Source of the DNA: a virus
Taxonomy: Duplodnaviria; Caudoviricetes
DNA: 45,423 bases
Virus record (IMG/VR): IMGVR_UViG_3300030106_005823
Coordinates: 1-45,423 of that record
Reading direction: 5' to 3' (one strand)
Position 1 is the first letter of the stretch. Each line of letters starts with the position of its first letter. The notes beneath the pieces are model-generated. The model saw only the letters and a program-made list of their open reading frames with translations. It made no database searches and was not told where the DNA came from. Made by a program: the position numbers and the translations under genes. Below, one piece after another: positions 1 through 7,895 of the stretch.

Positions 1-172
1 ACATGAGGAGATTAGTAATGCGAATAGATGTTCTTGACCACGGCTACATTAGCCTAGAGCACCACCTTGGCGGGGACCACGCAGTAGTCGCTGCAGCGCG
101 CGTCAGCTACAACAGCAACCGTAATCAAAGGCGCGAAGTTGACGCTGACACCAAGTTATTGCAATACCTGTG
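1..172. repeat. Terminal direct repeat / circular overlap (copy 1; copy 2 at 45252-45423)
   Basis: 1-172 aligns ungapped with 45252-45423, with substitutions at positions 78, 79, 156, 158 and 159. Confidence 0.95.
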
Positions 173-707
173 GCGGCATTCTCACACGTCGCCTTTTGAG
201 CACGTCGTGCTTACCTTTGAAGTGCGCGCACCAATTTTCGTAATTCGGCAATGGCAGCGCCACCGCACTCAGTCGTATAACGAAGAGAGCGCTAGGTATT
301 CCGAAATGGAGCCGTTAGCTTATGTTCCCAGCGAGGATAAAATTGGCCTTCAGTCGGCTGATAACAAACAGGCACGCGATGTGCTGGATACGCCCAACCC
401 GCATGCGCGGGACATTGCCAAGATTATTGAAACCCAAAACAAAGTTGCATATCAGGCGTACAAGCAGCTGCTTAGTTTGGGTACCCCTCGCGAACTTGCT
501 CGTTCCGTGCTGCCGTTTAACTTGTACAGCTCTATGGTGGTAACCGTAAATCTGTTGAACCTGTTTAAGTTTCTGAAATTGCGGCTGCACACTGACTCGC
601 AATACGAAATAAGGGTGTACGCTGAGGCGATGTTAGAGCTAACAAGAGCGGTCGCACCCCGTTGTTGCGCAGCGTTTATTGAATCCTTGGGGTCTGACGG
701 GCTCTGA
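18..707 (+). CDS. thyX: Flavin-dependent thymidylate synthase ThyX
   Basis: AARVSY, H-SPFEH, the ThyX signature RQWQRHRTQSYNEESARY, ARSVLP and SQYEIR motifs; GAGGAG RBS before ATG 18. Confidence 0.95.
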   Translation: MRIDVLDHGYISLEHHLGGDHAVVAAARVSYNSNRNQRREVDADTKLLQYLWRHSHTSPFEHVVLTFEVRAPIFVIRQWQRHRTQSYNEESARYSEMEPLAYVPSEDKIGLQSADNKQARDVLDTPNPHARDIAKIIETQNKVAYQAYKQLLSLGTPRELARSVLPFNLYSSMVVTVNLLNLFKFLKLRLHTDSQYEIRVYAEAMLELTRAVAPRCCAAFIESLGSDGL

Positions 708-802
708 GGCGGGACTTCTCAGTTGAGCAATGCCTTGGTATAGCTCGATAGAGAACGCGGCTCACACAGCCTACAATTTACACTGACTAGTCGGAGGTTC
801 TT

Positions 803-1018
803 ATGTCCCACGTCTGCGGAGACTGTAAATACTTTGTGTTCCCAGAAAAAGACGTTACGCCGGGAACGTGCCACCTGAACCCCCCTACCGTTTTGTTAGT
901 ACCTCCGGGCGGCGGCATTATTAATGGGGAGCGCGACACTGGCCTCACTGAAAGTTTCCGCCCCATGGTTCGGTCAAGTGACGTTGCTTGTTATAGGTGG
1001 CAGCCATACAGAGGTTGA
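803..1018 (+). CDS. Small Cys-rich hypothetical protein
   Basis: GGAGG RBS; CxxCxYF...GTCHLNPP...RP.V...DVAC pattern seen in small phage Zn-binding proteins. Confidence 0.7.
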   Translation: MSHVCGDCKYFVFPEKDVTPGTCHLNPPTVLLVPPGGGIINGERDTGLTESFRPMVRSSDVACYRWQPYRG

Positions 1019-1043
1019 GATTAGTCAGTCACTGACTTATTAT
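1015..1043 (+). promoter_or_regulatory. Sigma70-type promoter with palindromic operator in the spacer
   Basis: TTGAGA-17 bp-TATTAT; spacer contains the palindrome AGTCAGT-C-ACTGACT. Confidence 0.65.
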
Positions 1044-1072
1044 TGTGCCTCTTAACTGAGGAGGCCCTTACT

Positions 1073-1537
1073 ATGACCGGACAACTAACTACCGCTTCTG
1101 ATGCCGCGGCCTACATTACGGCTGGCAAGGCTACTGTTACTTTGGTGTCAAAGAAGACTGGCACCCGGTTTACTTACGAAATAAAGCACGGCAGCCAGCG
1201 GACTGATGCGGGCGGGTTTAAGATGGACACCAGCACACCCTTGTTTGTGAAAGTGCTGGCCGGTCCTCAAAACACCGACGACTACATGTACCTTGGGTTT
1301 ATACCTAACAACAACCACGGCACATTGGTTGCCGGCCGTAAGGGCCGGCCCGACGCGCCGTCATTCAAGGCGCTGTCATGGGTGCTGCAGGCGTTGGAAC
1401 GCGACCTGTTGCCCGAACAATTGGAAGTCTGGCACGAGGGCGCGTGCGGTCGTTGCGGTCGCAAGCTTACAGTGCCGAAATCTATTGAGAACGGCATCGG
1501 TCCCGAATGCGCGCGCAAAGTTCACACACACATATAG
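1073..1537 (+). CDS. DUF6011-like Zn-finger protein
   Basis: C-terminal CGRCGRKLTVPKSIENGIGPEC motif; GAGGAGG RBS before ATG 1073. Confidence 0.8.
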   Translation: MTGQLTTASDAAAYITAGKATVTLVSKKTGTRFTYEIKHGSQRTDAGGFKMDTSTPLFVKVLAGPQNTDDYMYLGFIPNNNHGTLVAGRKGRPDAPSFKALSWVLQALERDLLPEQLEVWHEGACGRCGRKLTVPKSIENGIGPECARKVHTHI

Positions 1538-1547
1538 GAGTAATCAC

Positions 1548-1724
1548 ATGCCAAAGACGCACGCTCAAAACCAGAAAGCTTATGAGCAGCGCCGTATTCA
1601 AAAGGGGTGGAAACGCCGCGGTGTCTGGGTGCCGCCCGATTGTTCAGATTATTTCGATCGGATGGTGCGGCGGCTGCAGTCAAATAAAGACTACAAAGAA
1701 GCGGTTGAAGAACTGCAGTCGTAG
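1548..1724 (+). CDS. Small basic DNA-binding protein (ribbon-helix-helix/MazE-like), candidate repressor
   Basis: AGGAG RBS; MPKTHAQNQKAYEQRRIQKGWKRRGVWVP fits the 'Q..Y..R....G......WVP' small regulator pattern. Confidence 0.6.
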   Translation: MPKTHAQNQKAYEQRRIQKGWKRRGVWVPPDCSDYFDRMVRRLQSNKDYKEAVEELQS

Positions 1725-1736
1725 CGCATACCCAAC

Positions 1737-1760
1737 GGCCCCGGCACAGCTGCCGGGGCC
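1737..1760. terminator. Hairpin between convergent transcription units
   Basis: GGCCCCGGCA-CAGC-TGCCGGGGCC perfect 10-bp stem where the + and - gene blocks meet; no clear U-tract. Confidence 0.6.
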
Positions 1761-1772
1761 TGCTGCCAATAG

Positions 1773-1820
1773 CTATCTAGGCTTGGGCTTAGGCTTAGGC
1801 TTAGGCTTGTACTTTTTCAT
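1773..1820 (-). CDS. 15-aa cationic Lys-Pro peptide MKKYKPKPKPKPKPR
   Basis: GGAGG RBS 7 nt before ATG; last ORF of the late operon, directly after the endolysin. Confidence 0.55.
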   Translation of the reverse strand: MKKYKPKPKPKPKPR

Positions 1821-1859
1821 CTAAAGACCTCCGTAGTTAGCAGTCAGAACATAGGTTGC

Positions 1860-2456
1860 TTAAGGCAATATCCTCGGAAGGTACCGCAGCCCAAGCAGAC
1901 GTTGGGCATCAAACCGCCGCAAGTTAAACGCGTTGCTTTGGTTGCCCCCCAGCCCCACCAAGAACGTCGCGTCCTGGTCTATTTGAACGTCAGTCATCAG
2001 AAACACATGCCCTCGATATTGCAGCACTTCTGGGCCTGGGTCTGACATGCTTTGGCGGATGACCGCGACAGTGTTGTACCGCACCTCTTGCACAGACTCT
2101 AACCATGCGTTGACGGTGATGGGTACACCGACTGCTAGCCACGACCGAGCGGCCGCGCTTGCAGGGTTAATGCGGTCGGCCAGTCGAGCGATGGCGCACA
2201 TAGCTGAGCTGCACCACGGCACCGAGTCGTGCTTAAACCACGGCGAACGCGCACCATACTTATGCATGGCTACCACCAGCGGGTCATCGCCGGCTCCGGG
2301 TACTTCACGTAAACCGACTAGTCGCTCGGCCAGAAACGCCATGTCAGGCGCTCTAGCAGGCTCAGTGGTAGTAGGGGTAGGGTCTTCCTCGTTCGTCGCT
2401 TCAGCGGCCAGCAGGGCGGCTTCACGCTCATCTTTTGATAGCAGGTGGTCTTGCAT
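1860..2456 (-). CDS. TIGR02594-like NlpC/P60-CHAP peptidoglycan hydrolase (endolysin)
   Basis: D.VPWCSS (catalytic Cys), ARSWL.VG, GHV (His) and LGGNQSN motifs; start placed at GAGAAGG-ATG 2456. Confidence 0.8.
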   Translation of the reverse strand: MQDHLLSKDEREAALLAAEATNEEDPTPTTTEPARAPDMAFLAERLVGLREVPGAGDDPLVVAMHKYGARSPWFKHDSVPWCSSAMCAIARLADRINPASAAARSWLAVGVPITVNAWLESVQEVRYNTVAVIRQSMSDPGPEVLQYRGHVFLMTDVQIDQDATFLVGLGGNQSNAFNLRRFDAQRLLGLRYLPRILP

Positions 2457-2476
2457 TACTGCCTTCTCGATTATTG

Positions 2477-2923
2477 TTAGGGCAAAAGTACGGTCTTGAA
2501 GTTGGGCAGCAATGGGTGACAATCGTGGTAGGCGTCCATGTACCACCGCTCTGGCTGTAGAGTTGAGCCCACCAAAATAGTGATTCGGTTGAGCCCAGTC
2601 GGCCTACTAAGATCCGACGGGCGGGCGCTGTCATCTAAAGCCTTCCACGGGATTCGGGTCTTAAACCCATCCTTGTCCACCCAGTAAATACGCATAGCTA
2701 CCCACCTGCACTCATGATGCTTCTTGAAGTCAAAGGTGACACGGGTCCACCCACCAGCCCCAGTGCCGCCCCCAGGCACTCGCTCAACTTTAATGTTGGT
2801 GGCCTTGGTAGTAACTGGAAATAGGTAGCCCAGCCAATCGCCGTAGCGCGGAAATAGCGAAACAATCACGACCACCATAATAAGAGAGGGTATGCACAAC
2901 AATCGCCGCTTCCACTTTTGCAT
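2477..2923 (-). CDS. Membrane-anchored hypothetical protein (lysis cluster)
   Basis: Basic N-terminus plus TM segment (LLCIPSLIMVVVIVSLF); TGATG coupling to the upstream gene. Confidence 0.6.
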   Translation of the reverse strand: MQKWKRRLLCIPSLIMVVVIVSLFPRYGDWLGYLFPVTTKATNIKVERVPGGGTGAGGWTRVTFDFKKHHECRWVAMRIYWVDKDGFKTRIPWKALDDSARPSDLSRPTGLNRITILVGSTLQPERWYMDAYHDCHPLLPNFKTVLLP

Positions 2924-3132
2924 CAGATCACCCCCGTCTCTTTGAGCACGGCGAGTACCACGGCGCTCAACACGACAGTCGCCAATTTCTGAAACCATGA
3001 CCGGGCTTCTGTAGCTCTGTCCAACGCTAATTGCGCCAAGGCCCGGACTTCTTGGTCGGTCACTTTTGTGTCCGACCGAAGCTCCGTCAGCTCTTGCTTC
3101 AGCTCGTAATATCGGGAGTCGTCTTGCGTCAT
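2923..3132 (-). CDS. Holin-like small membrane protein
   Basis: N-terminal coiled coil plus C-terminal TM helix (LATVVLSAVVLAVL); lies in the lysis cluster. Confidence 0.5.
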   Translation of the reverse strand: MTQDDSRYYELKQELTELRSDTKVTDQEVRALAQLALDRATEARSWFQKLATVVLSAVVLAVLKETGVI

Positions 3133-3155
3133 CCATCATCCCTCAATCACCTTTG

Positions 3156-3593
3156 CTAGGTCAGGTCTGTGCGTTCCCATTTTGGCCCACCTAATCGCAC
3201 TGCCCAATACATCTCCTGAATATCCATAAACCCGTCGTCGTTAACATGGTACCGCTCGCACAGCCGGCGAAAATGACGCGCGGCGTGCACACTGTCGATA
3301 CCTAAAGCAGCGACGTGGTCTCGGTGATCGCACAGCCAATCGTGCTCCAAACTTGGCACCACCAGTTTCCAATGGCAGGACGGTAGTACAAAGATGGCGG
3401 AGTTGTGTAACGGTTTGCTCGCACCGTCCCACTCGTAGCCCGCTTCAACGGTAAACCATACTGCAAGTTGTGACTGTTCTTTATCGGGCTTGACCTTAAA
3501 TTGCCACTGCTCTACCAGCCGCCATTTGTTGGCTTCAGGAACAGAGCGCATGACTGGCGTGGGTAGCACTCTAGGTCGCTTTACTTCGGACAC
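3156..3593 (-). CDS. DUF1353-like protein
   Basis: TVEAGYEWDGAS...HDWLC...MYWAVRLGG motifs. Confidence 0.75.
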   Translation of the reverse strand: MSEVKRPRVLPTPVMRSVPEANKWRLVEQWQFKVKPDKEQSQLAVWFTVEAGYEWDGASKPLHNSAIFVLPSCHWKLVVPSLEHDWLCDHRDHVAALGIDSVHAARHFRRLCERYHVNDDGFMDIQEMYWAVRLGGPKWERTDLT

Positions 3594-3805
3594 AGCTCTG
3601 GGGCCTTATCCCCAAACGTTTGCACCACATCGCGATAGGATGAGCTGCATATTTGCTCGCGCAATTGTGCAACTGTTTTCTTCGGTGCTAGCTGCTTACG
3701 GATCTGAGATAGCTCGGCGATGGTGCCGACTGGGCCGGCGCTTATGCAGCCGGACAGAACAAGTGCCGCGGCTACTACAGCCAAATAGATCAGCAACGAC
3801 TTCAT
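3581..3805 (-). CDS. Lipoprotein (possible o-spanin)
   Basis: Signal peptide with lipobox LSGC. Confidence 0.6.
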   Translation of the reverse strand: MKSLLIYLAVVAAALVLSGCISAGPVGTIAELSQIRKQLAPKKTVAQLREQICSSSYRDVVQTFGDKAPELCPK

Positions 3806-4452
3806 TCAGGCCACCCGCTATTGACGTCGATGGCTCTCAGCGCAGTCAGGTCTGTAGCTGCGTCCACTGCCGTTATTAGCGCGTCAGCGTTATCGCTAAT
3901 TGCTTGGTCTTGCGCGGCAATAGCAGCAGTCAGCGCTTGAAAGTTGTCCGCATTCACGTCAACGTATCGCCAGCGGGATTGCTCAATGTTGTAAGCCCGT
4001 AGTCGCCTATTGGTGTACGTGTTACCAGCTGCTAGTGAAGTGCCGATAGACCCAAGCAACGCCCGGTAGTTCGCATCGAAATAGAACAGGTGACCAAGCA
4101 GTTCGATGGGCGCGTCGTACGCCTGAACCTCTCTGGTTTCAATGTTAACTATGGCTATCGCTTGCGCGTCTGCCAGTTCTACATCTACAAAGCCCCATTG
4201 AATTTCAGCCACGTCACCCACGGGTAACACTTCACCTCGCACGGTGTACTGATAGAGCGGCGGCGCAGGCTCAGTGGCATTGACCAGTTTACGAATACCC
4301 CACTTGTGCAGCGTAATCGTGCCCTCATCGCTGCGACCAAGATGGGCCAAAGCCGCTGAGCTAACTGCCTTACCGTTTTGAGCTGACGCGTGAACGACAG
4401 CAGCGTTAGGTGACGCCGCTGTCCACGTACCTGAATTGTAAATCGCATACAT
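3802..4452 (-). CDS. Tail fibre assembly-associated protein (DUF4376-like C-terminus)
   Basis: Follows the tail fibre; C-terminal 'AATDLTALRAIDVNSGWP' typical of this family. Confidence 0.6.
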   Translation of the reverse strand: MYAIYNSGTWTAASPNAAVVHASAQNGKAVSSAALAHLGRSDEGTITLHKWGIRKLVNATEPAPPLYQYTVRGEVLPVGDVAEIQWGFVDVELADAQAIAIVNIETREVQAYDAPIELLGHLFYFDANYRALLGSIGTSLAAGNTYTNRRLRAYNIEQSRWRYVDVNADNFQALTAAIAAQDQAISDNADALITAVDAATDLTALRAIDVNSGWPE

Positions 4453-4454
4453 AA

Positions 4455-6833
4455 TTATCTCCCTGGGATGGGTGGCAACCCAGTGCCAGTGGCGACGTCA
4501 GCAATGGCGACATAGAAATAGCTTGTGCCACTGCTATTAAGGGTTGCTGTGTTATCGCGGATCTTGAAACCATTGGAGAGCAGGTCCAGGTCCTTGTGGT
4601 CAGTGCCCTCAGCGCCGTCGTTGTCTGGCTCCAAATACACCGGTGAGTCATCGTTTGTGGGATTGCGAGCAGTGTCGTAGATCTCCCACTCCTGACCGGA
4701 CGTGTCTCCTTTGATTAGCAAAAAGCGCGGCTGGAATCCTGTCAAAACCAATGGCCCGTCCGCGTCCCCATTGCCCACATATTTTCCAGCTTGCAGCAGT
4801 CCTGGCACGCTGCGGAAGCAGTACATCACGTAGGTGCCGCTTCCGAAGTTGGTGCCCCCATTGACCACTGTCGATGTGGGCAAAGCTGTATACACAGCGG
4901 AGTTTGTGGCGACGGCGTCAGTTGTATCCAGCGACAAATATTGTGTGCCGCCCATACCTGACATCCAGGTGTACCATGCGTCTGTGCCGTTGCGTCGCTT
5001 AATGGTCACAAAATCCGGAGCACCTGACAGCCCGTGACCGTAGGTGGCAGCCGATCCAGTAGCGGTCAGCGTAGCTATGGAGAGGTGCCCCTCGGACGCG
5101 ACTTGCACCACTGTGTCTATGGAACCATTTTCATTCGTTGCGGTTGTCCCGTTGTTGACCTTCCAGCACCATGCGGCGTAGTTGGCACCGCTGTCGTTTG
5201 TGTTGTTGGCGTTGTCAACGCGAATACCGTCGGACTGAAAACTGTCTAGTCCAGCTTCGGTTGTTTCGGCACTGTTAACATCTGAGGCGACTACTTTTGT
5301 TACGCCTCTGGTTGAATCAATCAGCTTGTGGCTTTGCGATCCGTTGCGGCGTTTATGCCACAGGAAGTCTGGCTTAAACCCTGCGCCGGTAATATCACGA
5401 TTGTCAGCCGCGTTGCCCGTGTACAAGAGCGTCTGGAATACATCAGCACCCTGCGTCTCCGGCTCTGCAAGATTGCTATATTGCGGCGGCGTATAACCTG
5501 TCGTAGGCGTGCGCGTCATGGCTGCGACTTCCGCGATAATGCTAGCGTCTGCGCTGTTGTAAGCATCGATGGCGAAAAATACCGGCGCTTCCAGACCTGC
5601 CGAACTCGTCGTCGCTTGCAGAGAATCGCCCTTGTACCAGCGGATAACGTTGCTATCTAAGTCGACTTCAATCGCTATGTGGTCATTGGTCGTGAATGAT
5701 GCAGGTCCACTATCGATGTTTGATCCTTCATGTTGAATTACCCCGCTCGGGTCATATGCATAACTGCCCGGTGTGGCCGCGGCACCTAACTCGTGCGACC
5801 CGGACGTTGCATGCACCGAGTCGTCGCGCATGGTCGCCGCGTCTACTAATCCAACTTTAGGGTAGCCGGATGCGTTGTTGGTAATGTCGAATTCAAGTAT
5901 ATGTTTTCCCGAGTAAAACCCTGGCGTGACCACTAGCAAGTTGGCTTCGGACCCGTCTGCCGAGCCACCAACGGCTCCGCCCTGCTCGAAATAGACATTG
6001 CCGCCGCCGCGCAACAGCGGATTAAAAATAGGCAACGGACTTGTTGGCGTGTCGTTACTGCCGTTTGCCGCATCAGACATGCTGCTCGCGGTAAAATTGT
6101 TGCCTTTGCTGCTGTCGTCTGTACCGTCACCAATATCGCTGCACAGGAAAAAACTCGCAGTTCCGCCAGCATTGGCTAGCGCAGTTAGGGCGGACTCGGA
6201 CTTAGGGTAGTAGACGGTTCCGTTGGTTCCGACGGTGTCGCTTGACCACACGTCGCTTGGCGTGAGCACCGTGTTATCCGCGTGCAAGAAAGCCGCAAAT
6301 GAGCCTTCCCAATAATTTTGCAGCGAACTATAGCTTTGCACGCCGATGTGCTGGCTCGTGCCGTTGTTCCACGACGTGTCGTAGTTCAAGCTCGGATTTG
6401 TACGGCTTGTTGATTGCTCAACAGAGTTAACATACAGCCGCCAGCGATGCGCGGCAGTCGAATTTGCGGTATCGCAAACACACAAAAATGTGTACCACCC
6501 AGTATCACGGAGCCGACCGTCGCTATAAACGACAGCATTGACTGCTCCGCCGCTATAATCGAAGAATTGCAGATCCTGTTCTGTGCGCAACAAAAGAGCG
6601 GTTTGGGACGAAGTGCCGCTTGCGCACTCAAAAATGTAGCGACTACGTGCGCTAAAATCAGTGATCCGAAAAGCGCCAAAAATAGACCATTTGCGAGTGC
6701 TGGCACCCGTGACGCTACTGCGCGATAGGTAATCGGCACTGCCATCAAGCCACGCAGCACGGGTGATGTTGTTGGCCCCAGACCAACCGCTACCGCTTTG
6801 TGCACCTAGTAGGGGGTTACCCAATCTAACCAT
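4455..6833 (-). CDS. Tail fibre / receptor-binding protein with ConA/LamG and SPRY-like domains
   Basis: LDGSADYLSR, LRDTGWY..WRLYVN (LamG-like), SGKHILE..IAIEVDLD (SPRY-like), repeated YTGN..G.GF.P.FL.IK units. Confidence 0.75.
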   Translation of the reverse strand: MVRLGNPLLGAQSGSGWSGANNITRAAWLDGSADYLSRSSVTGASTRKWSIFGAFRITDFSARSRYIFECASGTSSQTALLLRTEQDLQFFDYSGGAVNAVVYSDGRLRDTGWYTFLCVCDTANSTAAHRWRLYVNSVEQSTSRTNPSLNYDTSWNNGTSQHIGVQSYSSLQNYWEGSFAAFLHADNTVLTPSDVWSSDTVGTNGTVYYPKSESALTALANAGGTASFFLCSDIGDGTDDSSKGNNFTASSMSDAANGSNDTPTSPLPIFNPLLRGGGNVYFEQGGAVGGSADGSEANLLVVTPGFYSGKHILEFDITNNASGYPKVGLVDAATMRDDSVHATSGSHELGAAATPGSYAYDPSGVIQHEGSNIDSGPASFTTNDHIAIEVDLDSNVIRWYKGDSLQATTSSAGLEAPVFFAIDAYNSADASIIAEVAAMTRTPTTGYTPPQYSNLAEPETQGADVFQTLLYTGNAADNRDITGAGFKPDFLWHKRRNGSQSHKLIDSTRGVTKVVASDVNSAETTEAGLDSFQSDGIRVDNANNTNDSGANYAAWCWKVNNGTTATNENGSIDTVVQVASEGHLSIATLTATGSAATYGHGLSGAPDFVTIKRRNGTDAWYTWMSGMGGTQYLSLDTTDAVATNSAVYTALPTSTVVNGGTNFGSGTYVMYCFRSVPGLLQAGKYVGNGDADGPLVLTGFQPRFLLIKGDTSGQEWEIYDTARNPTNDDSPVYLEPDNDGAEGTDHKDLDLLSNGFKIRDNTATLNSSGTSYFYVAIADVATGTGLPPIPGR

Positions 6834-7894
6834 TACCGCAGGTCCTGCGCGACGGTAACCATGTAAGCGACACTGCCGTCATAGTAGATAGCAAACAAAT
6901 CCACAGCCGAAGCTGTAGTGCTAATGGTGGGCGCGGTTTGAGCGGCGAAGTCTACGTTGCTGTCGTATCCAGTCACCGTATAGGGGCCACCGCTAGCGTG
7001 CTGTTTAATGCGCAACATTACCCAACCGTTAGTAGGTAGGTTGGTGAAATTTATATCGGTGATGTTCTCCGACAACGTGACGGTGCAATCGCCGCCCGCA
7101 AAGTCGCACGTTACTGCATTAGAGCTTGACGAGTCCGTTTGTAGCGTCATGGACATGTGAGCAGTCAGCGTGTCCGCGGTGTCCGCTTTCAAAGTGTCCG
7201 CGTCGTAAGCTTGCACCGTAGACCCAATATTGCTTGTGTTTAGCAAGGTGGATACGGCTACGCTGTTAAGGTTTGCTACGCCTGCAATGTTAGCGCTGTC
7301 GTCAATTGTAACCCCGCTGTTTTGCAGTGTTAGCCCACCGGTACCTGACCAGCGCACCACCGCGTTATCGGTGCTAGAACCTGGGACTTGGATTGCCCCA
7401 AGAGAACCCAGCGTCACAGCTTCGAGTGCTGTGAGCCCGCTGTTCCACTTAAGATAACCGTCTGCCAATTCAGGCAGCGTGATGTCGCTGAGCGCACTGG
7501 TGGTTGCCAGTGTGATGGTGCGGCCCGTGACAACCGTAATGTCCTGCACAATCTGGGTCGCTTTATCGAGGGCGTCCTCAATAACCTCTGGCTGCAGAGT
7601 GCGCAGGTTCTTTAAGTTGGTTGTCTGCGAACGCGGCACAGACCTAGTAATTGTCCACTTAACAGTGCTAGGTACGACAGACACCGGCACAACGGTGCCG
7701 CCCCCGTCCGTACCCACCCCAGTTACGGTGTAGTGAGTCGTGATGCTTAGCACCGTATCGACTCCGGTCGCTATGACTGTTTGAGTTACGACGATGTGAG
7801 ATGCGTCAGTTACCTTGAAGTCATAGTCGAGGGGACTGGTCGACCCGTCTCCGGTGTAAGGACCAGACCGAGCAGTTTCGACGTTTATAGTCAT
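6833..7894 (-). CDS. Proximal tail fibre protein (T7 gp17 N-terminal-like)
   Basis: N-terminal YTGDGST..DYDFKV, ITRSVP and EDALDKAT..VQ adaptor-docking motif. Confidence 0.8.
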   Translation of the reverse strand: MTINVETARSGPYTGDGSTSPLDYDFKVTDASHIVVTQTVIATGVDTVLSITTHYTVTGVGTDGGGTVVPVSVVPSTVKWTITRSVPRSQTTNLKNLRTLQPEVIEDALDKATQIVQDITVVTGRTITLATTSALSDITLPELADGYLKWNSGLTALEAVTLGSLGAIQVPGSSTDNAVVRWSGTGGLTLQNSGVTIDDSANIAGVANLNSVAVSTLLNTSNIGSTVQAYDADTLKADTADTLTAHMSMTLQTDSSSSNAVTCDFAGGDCTVTLSENITDINFTNLPTNGWVMLRIKQHASGGPYTVTGYDSNVDFAAQTAPTISTTASAVDLFAIYYDGSVAYMVTVAQDLR

Positions 7895-7895
7895 A

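Noticed and set aside
1507-1824. Plus-strand ORF ending in LGLGLGLGL
   Set aside because: No RBS, it runs through the terminator hairpin, and the repeat is better explained by the RBS-led Lys-Pro ORF on the minus strand
4455-7894. Diversity-generating retroelement, as in BPP-1
   Set aside because: No reverse transcriptase ORF and no template/variable repeat pair found near the tail fibre genes; the end-overlap mismatches are not adenine-specific
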